Origin: Vicugna vicugna
Lineage: Eukaryota
Direction of reading: 5' to 3'
Assembly: GCA_013265495.1 (NCBI GenBank)
Contig: MU059903.1
Location: forward strand, 186,001 to 250,000
DNA length: 64,000 nucleotides
How positions within the stretch are numbered: position 1 is the first letter of the stretch; each line of letters begins with the position of its first letter. The notes beneath the pieces were generated by a model that ran no database searches, had not been told where the DNA came from, and worked only from the letters and a program-made list of their open reading frames with translations. Shown in pieces: positions 60,807-64,000 of this stretch. Made by a program: the position numbers and the translations under genes.

Positions 60807-62662
60807 GGCCTCCTCCACACCAACCCACCCCTGGGAACCGGCTCCTCCAAGAACAAGCAGGAACCCACGGCCAAGGGCCCTGCCTTTCGTCCAGCAGGAA
60901 GCTGAGCCCCTGGAGGGCGCCAAGCTGGGAGCTGAGTTTCCTGCTTTGAGTCTGGGCCACCTGCCGGACCTCCTGGAACTGCCTGGAATGTTGTCCATCG
61001 ATGGAGAACTCCTGCGTGGCTGCCCTGCTGCAGTTCCCAGCGCAGATCACGACAAAGGACGCAAAGTCCCCCGTCGCCACTTAACTCGACAGCTAAGAGC
61101 ACAGGTGGCAACAGTCACATGGACCTGAACTCCTCCAAGCCAGGTGACTTTCAGCAAGACAACAAGGCTCTCTGAGCACGGCCTCTCCACTGGCTCGGGG
61201 GTTATTGAAGTACTTACTTCAAAGAGGCGTTAGGGGCTAAGTGAGGCGGTGGACGCGGATGCCCAGCTCGGTGTCCAGGGCTCCGTGCACGCTCACACAG
61301 CCACCGTGGCGCACAGATGCTGCCCTTGGCAGGAGAGGCGGGTCCGTCGGGAAGTGAGCCTCTGCCTCTGCTCAAGTCCATCTGCTCCCACTACCGACCG
61401 CCCACCGCTGGTAGGTGACACCGGTATCCCTGAACATCGCAGAAGAGGAGACTGCGTTCCTTTCCCTCAAGTTAATTCTCATTAAGTAAACGCCAGGGGC
61501 TTAAAGCTGAAACTCCAGTGGCCACTTCGGGTGCTTTGTGCTAACCTGCTTCTCCCTGGAAGTGACACAGGGAGCAGGAGGAAACGCAGCGCAAGGCGAA
61601 CCTGGATGTCCCCGCGTATCTCTCTCACTGTCACTGGTGCCCTTCGATGTTGACAGTAATAGAAAAGTCAAAACGTCAAAAGGGAAGCTTGAGATGCCAG
61701 ATTTCCACCACGACTGCCGGCCCCAGGCATAGGACAGGATACAGCCCTCACCTGGCACGCTGACAAAGCCCTCGGCCTCCCGGGGGAGGCCCTGCAAGGG
61801 GCAGCTGTCTGCTCCGTGGCGTTCACACCCACACTGGTGTAGTGACAGCCTGATCTCATTACACGTCAATAATCCAGTCCTGAGGCGCTGAGGAGACCCG
61901 GAGAGGATTACAACCCCCGCTGGCAATTCTGAGAACAGGGACCCAGCTCTCAGAGTCAACGACTGGACAGGCAGCCAACTGGCGGCAAACAGAAGACGAC
62001 CTCGGTTTTACAACCTGATGTGTGTTCACCCCTTTTTTTAAAACGACACTTTCCGTCTTTCAGAAGCTTGTTGTCGCTGAGCTGACTGGCTCTTATTACA
62101 TAACGCATAACTGAAAGGTTCCAGAAACTCCGGGCCAAACAGCAGGCAGGCAAACGTGCATTTGGTTTCAGATCAGCACTGGTCCTGCCCACACTCGCCT
62201 GCTGTCCCGACCATGAGCTCTGCAAGCCTGGCTGCATGGAGAAGGGTACTCCCCGGAAGCGTGGGCCCCAGGAGGCCTGCCCCAGAGGCCCGAGGAGGGA
62301 AGCAGACACACTCAGCGCGTCCAGAGCTTGAGCCTGGTCCTGTGGCCGCTGTGCCTGAAACAAGCGGGATTCCTCAGCCTTTGATAAAATGCACGTGTTT
62401 AGGGAGAATCATTCGAAATGGGTTTGGTGTGCCTGCCATGTCTGGGTCTTCAATGCCAAACGGTCAGCTACGTGTATTTTAATTATCCATCAGTGTCCCT
62501 GTCTTTGTTGCATTTTGAAGTTCCGGACACTGTGGGTTGAGAGGGGACTGGGGGATTTCAGAACCACGGTGCCAGGTACCTAAACAGAACCTGGTAAGTG
62601 CTCAGAGCAGATGGTGTGAATGACAGACAGCACAGGGCACCAGGCGTGACCTCCATCTACTG

Positions 62663-62984
62663 CGGGCGTCGCAAACTTCTCCTCTTAAAGGGACGGACAG
62701 GAGACATCTGGGGCCTTGCAGGCCAAACCGTCTCTGCTGCACTCACTCAACCCTGCCCCTGTGGCCCCAGAGCAGCCTCATGTAAACGACGGGCATGGCT
62801 ATGTGCCAATCACACTTCATTTACGGACACTGAAACTTCATATAATTTCCATGCGCCATGAAGTACCATTCTTCTGATTTGTTTCCTATCCTTGTAGAAA
62901 TGTGAACGTCAGCCTTAGACCGCCAGCCCTACAGGAGTGGGTGTGGGCCAAGTATGGCCCCAGGATGTAGGTGGCCGCGCCCTG
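62663..62984 (+). mobile_element. MER58B (hAT-Charlie) DNA transposon, full length
   Basis: gcaaactt...ggccttgcaggccaaaccgtctctgctgcactcactcaaccctgcc...gtaaacgacgggcatggctatgtgccaat...tttacggacactgaaac...catataatttcc...tatggccccagg...gtaggtggccgcgccctg. Confidence 0.85.
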
Positions 62985-64000
62985 CTCTGCCCCGAGAAGG
63001 GCCTGAATCCTGTGGCTTCACTGCTACAACTTACGGATGCCAGGCCCGGTGGCCTGACCGGCGCCCTGTCCTTGGGGAAAGCAGATGTGGGTCTTCTTCT
63101 CCCAAAAGAGTCACTAAACCCAGAGTACTTCCACAGTTGATGAAAACTGGAACTCGGGGCTTCCAGGGTGTCTGGCTTCCTGGTTGAGCGTTCCAGAATC
63201 CTGTTCTCTAGAACTCAGAGAGACCACTGCCGACTTCACGCAGCTCAGGCAGACGATGAAAGCAGAAATGGGGATACACAGGTTGCTGATCTTTTGAAGA
63301 GACCTCATTTATGGGCTAAACACCCAGGCATCTCTCTGGTAATCACAGCACTCTGCTTCGGTATCTGCATGCCAGGAGCCGCGAGGACCGACCCCTGGGT
63401 ATGTGAGGTTTAAGCACACCTGTTCCTGGGGGGCCCCCAGACTTCACCAAAGCTCTCTCATGGGCATGATACGGCTTAGAAATGAGCCAGGCGGCCCTAC
63501 AGGTCTCTGACGACTCTAACACCCTATGATCCTAGAGAAACACTTAAGTGGTGAACGAGAAGTTGTTGTCCGGGTGCGTCGGCCGGGCAGAGGTGAGACC
63601 ATTGGCGTGAGGCTCACAGAGACACTAACTAGGACGAGAAGGTGTCTGTTTGGCGTGGCCGGCAGACAGGTGCGGCCGAGCTGCTGACGCAGCAGAAAAG
63701 GAAAGACAAAGCAAACGCGGTCGTGCTCTCGGAGGACCCTCCGCCGGGCACAGAACAAGACGAGCCACCGCGCTCTCAGCAGCATCAACAGCTGCGTCCT
63801 TGAGCTGTTTTCCTGTGGACAGCGGGCAGCGTTTTCTCTGTTTGTCTTTGAACCGCTGCCACAGATCGATGCTTTGAAACCGCAGCTTCAAGCCTGTTCT
63901 GATGCGCCACCTCCGTGTTCTATTTGAAGGTGTGTCACCGTCAACAAAAATGAGTGATAATACAACGGTCTGCTTGCAGCAGAGCTCTTCCAACAACCAG

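Noticed and set aside
63625-63996. Minus-strand ORF at the window edge (…LKLRFQSIDLWQRFKDKQRKRC…)
   Set aside because: No recognisable family, no ATG start and no convincing donor. It may extend beyond the window, but cannot be supported.
1-64000. CRISPR arrays, tRNA/rRNA/snRNA genes, telomeric arrays, and assignment to a named locus
   Set aside because: No regularly spaced repeat-spacer arrays, polymerase III gene bodies or (TTAGGG)n were seen. No exon of a gene I recognise is present, so no gene symbol is given.

Overview
This is mammalian (eutherian, probably laurasiatherian) non-coding genomic DNA: GC- and CpG-rich, subtelomere-like, with three short N gaps in the first 4.5 kb. I recognise no protein-coding gene, RNA gene or CRISPR array. 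The ORFs in the track look like chance ORFs of GC-rich DNA or decayed L1. The window is a mosaic of three things: (i) ancient repeats (L1M, L2, MIR, MLT1 LTRs, MER20, MER58, Tigger1/2 derivatives); (ii) GC-rich unique DNA; (iii) AT-rich non-repeat islands with homeobox/PBX/MEIS/SOX/POU/TCF motifs that resemble developmental enhancers of a gene desert or large intron. The most striking signal is sharply localised A/T-to-G/C erosion inside old repeats, consistent with GC-biased gene conversion. A 5'-inverted L1 and a few orphan exon candidates are also present. Repeat family names come from my recollection of consensus sequences and need RepeatMasker/Dfam confirmation. I could not identify the locus, and I found no convincing new biological system.
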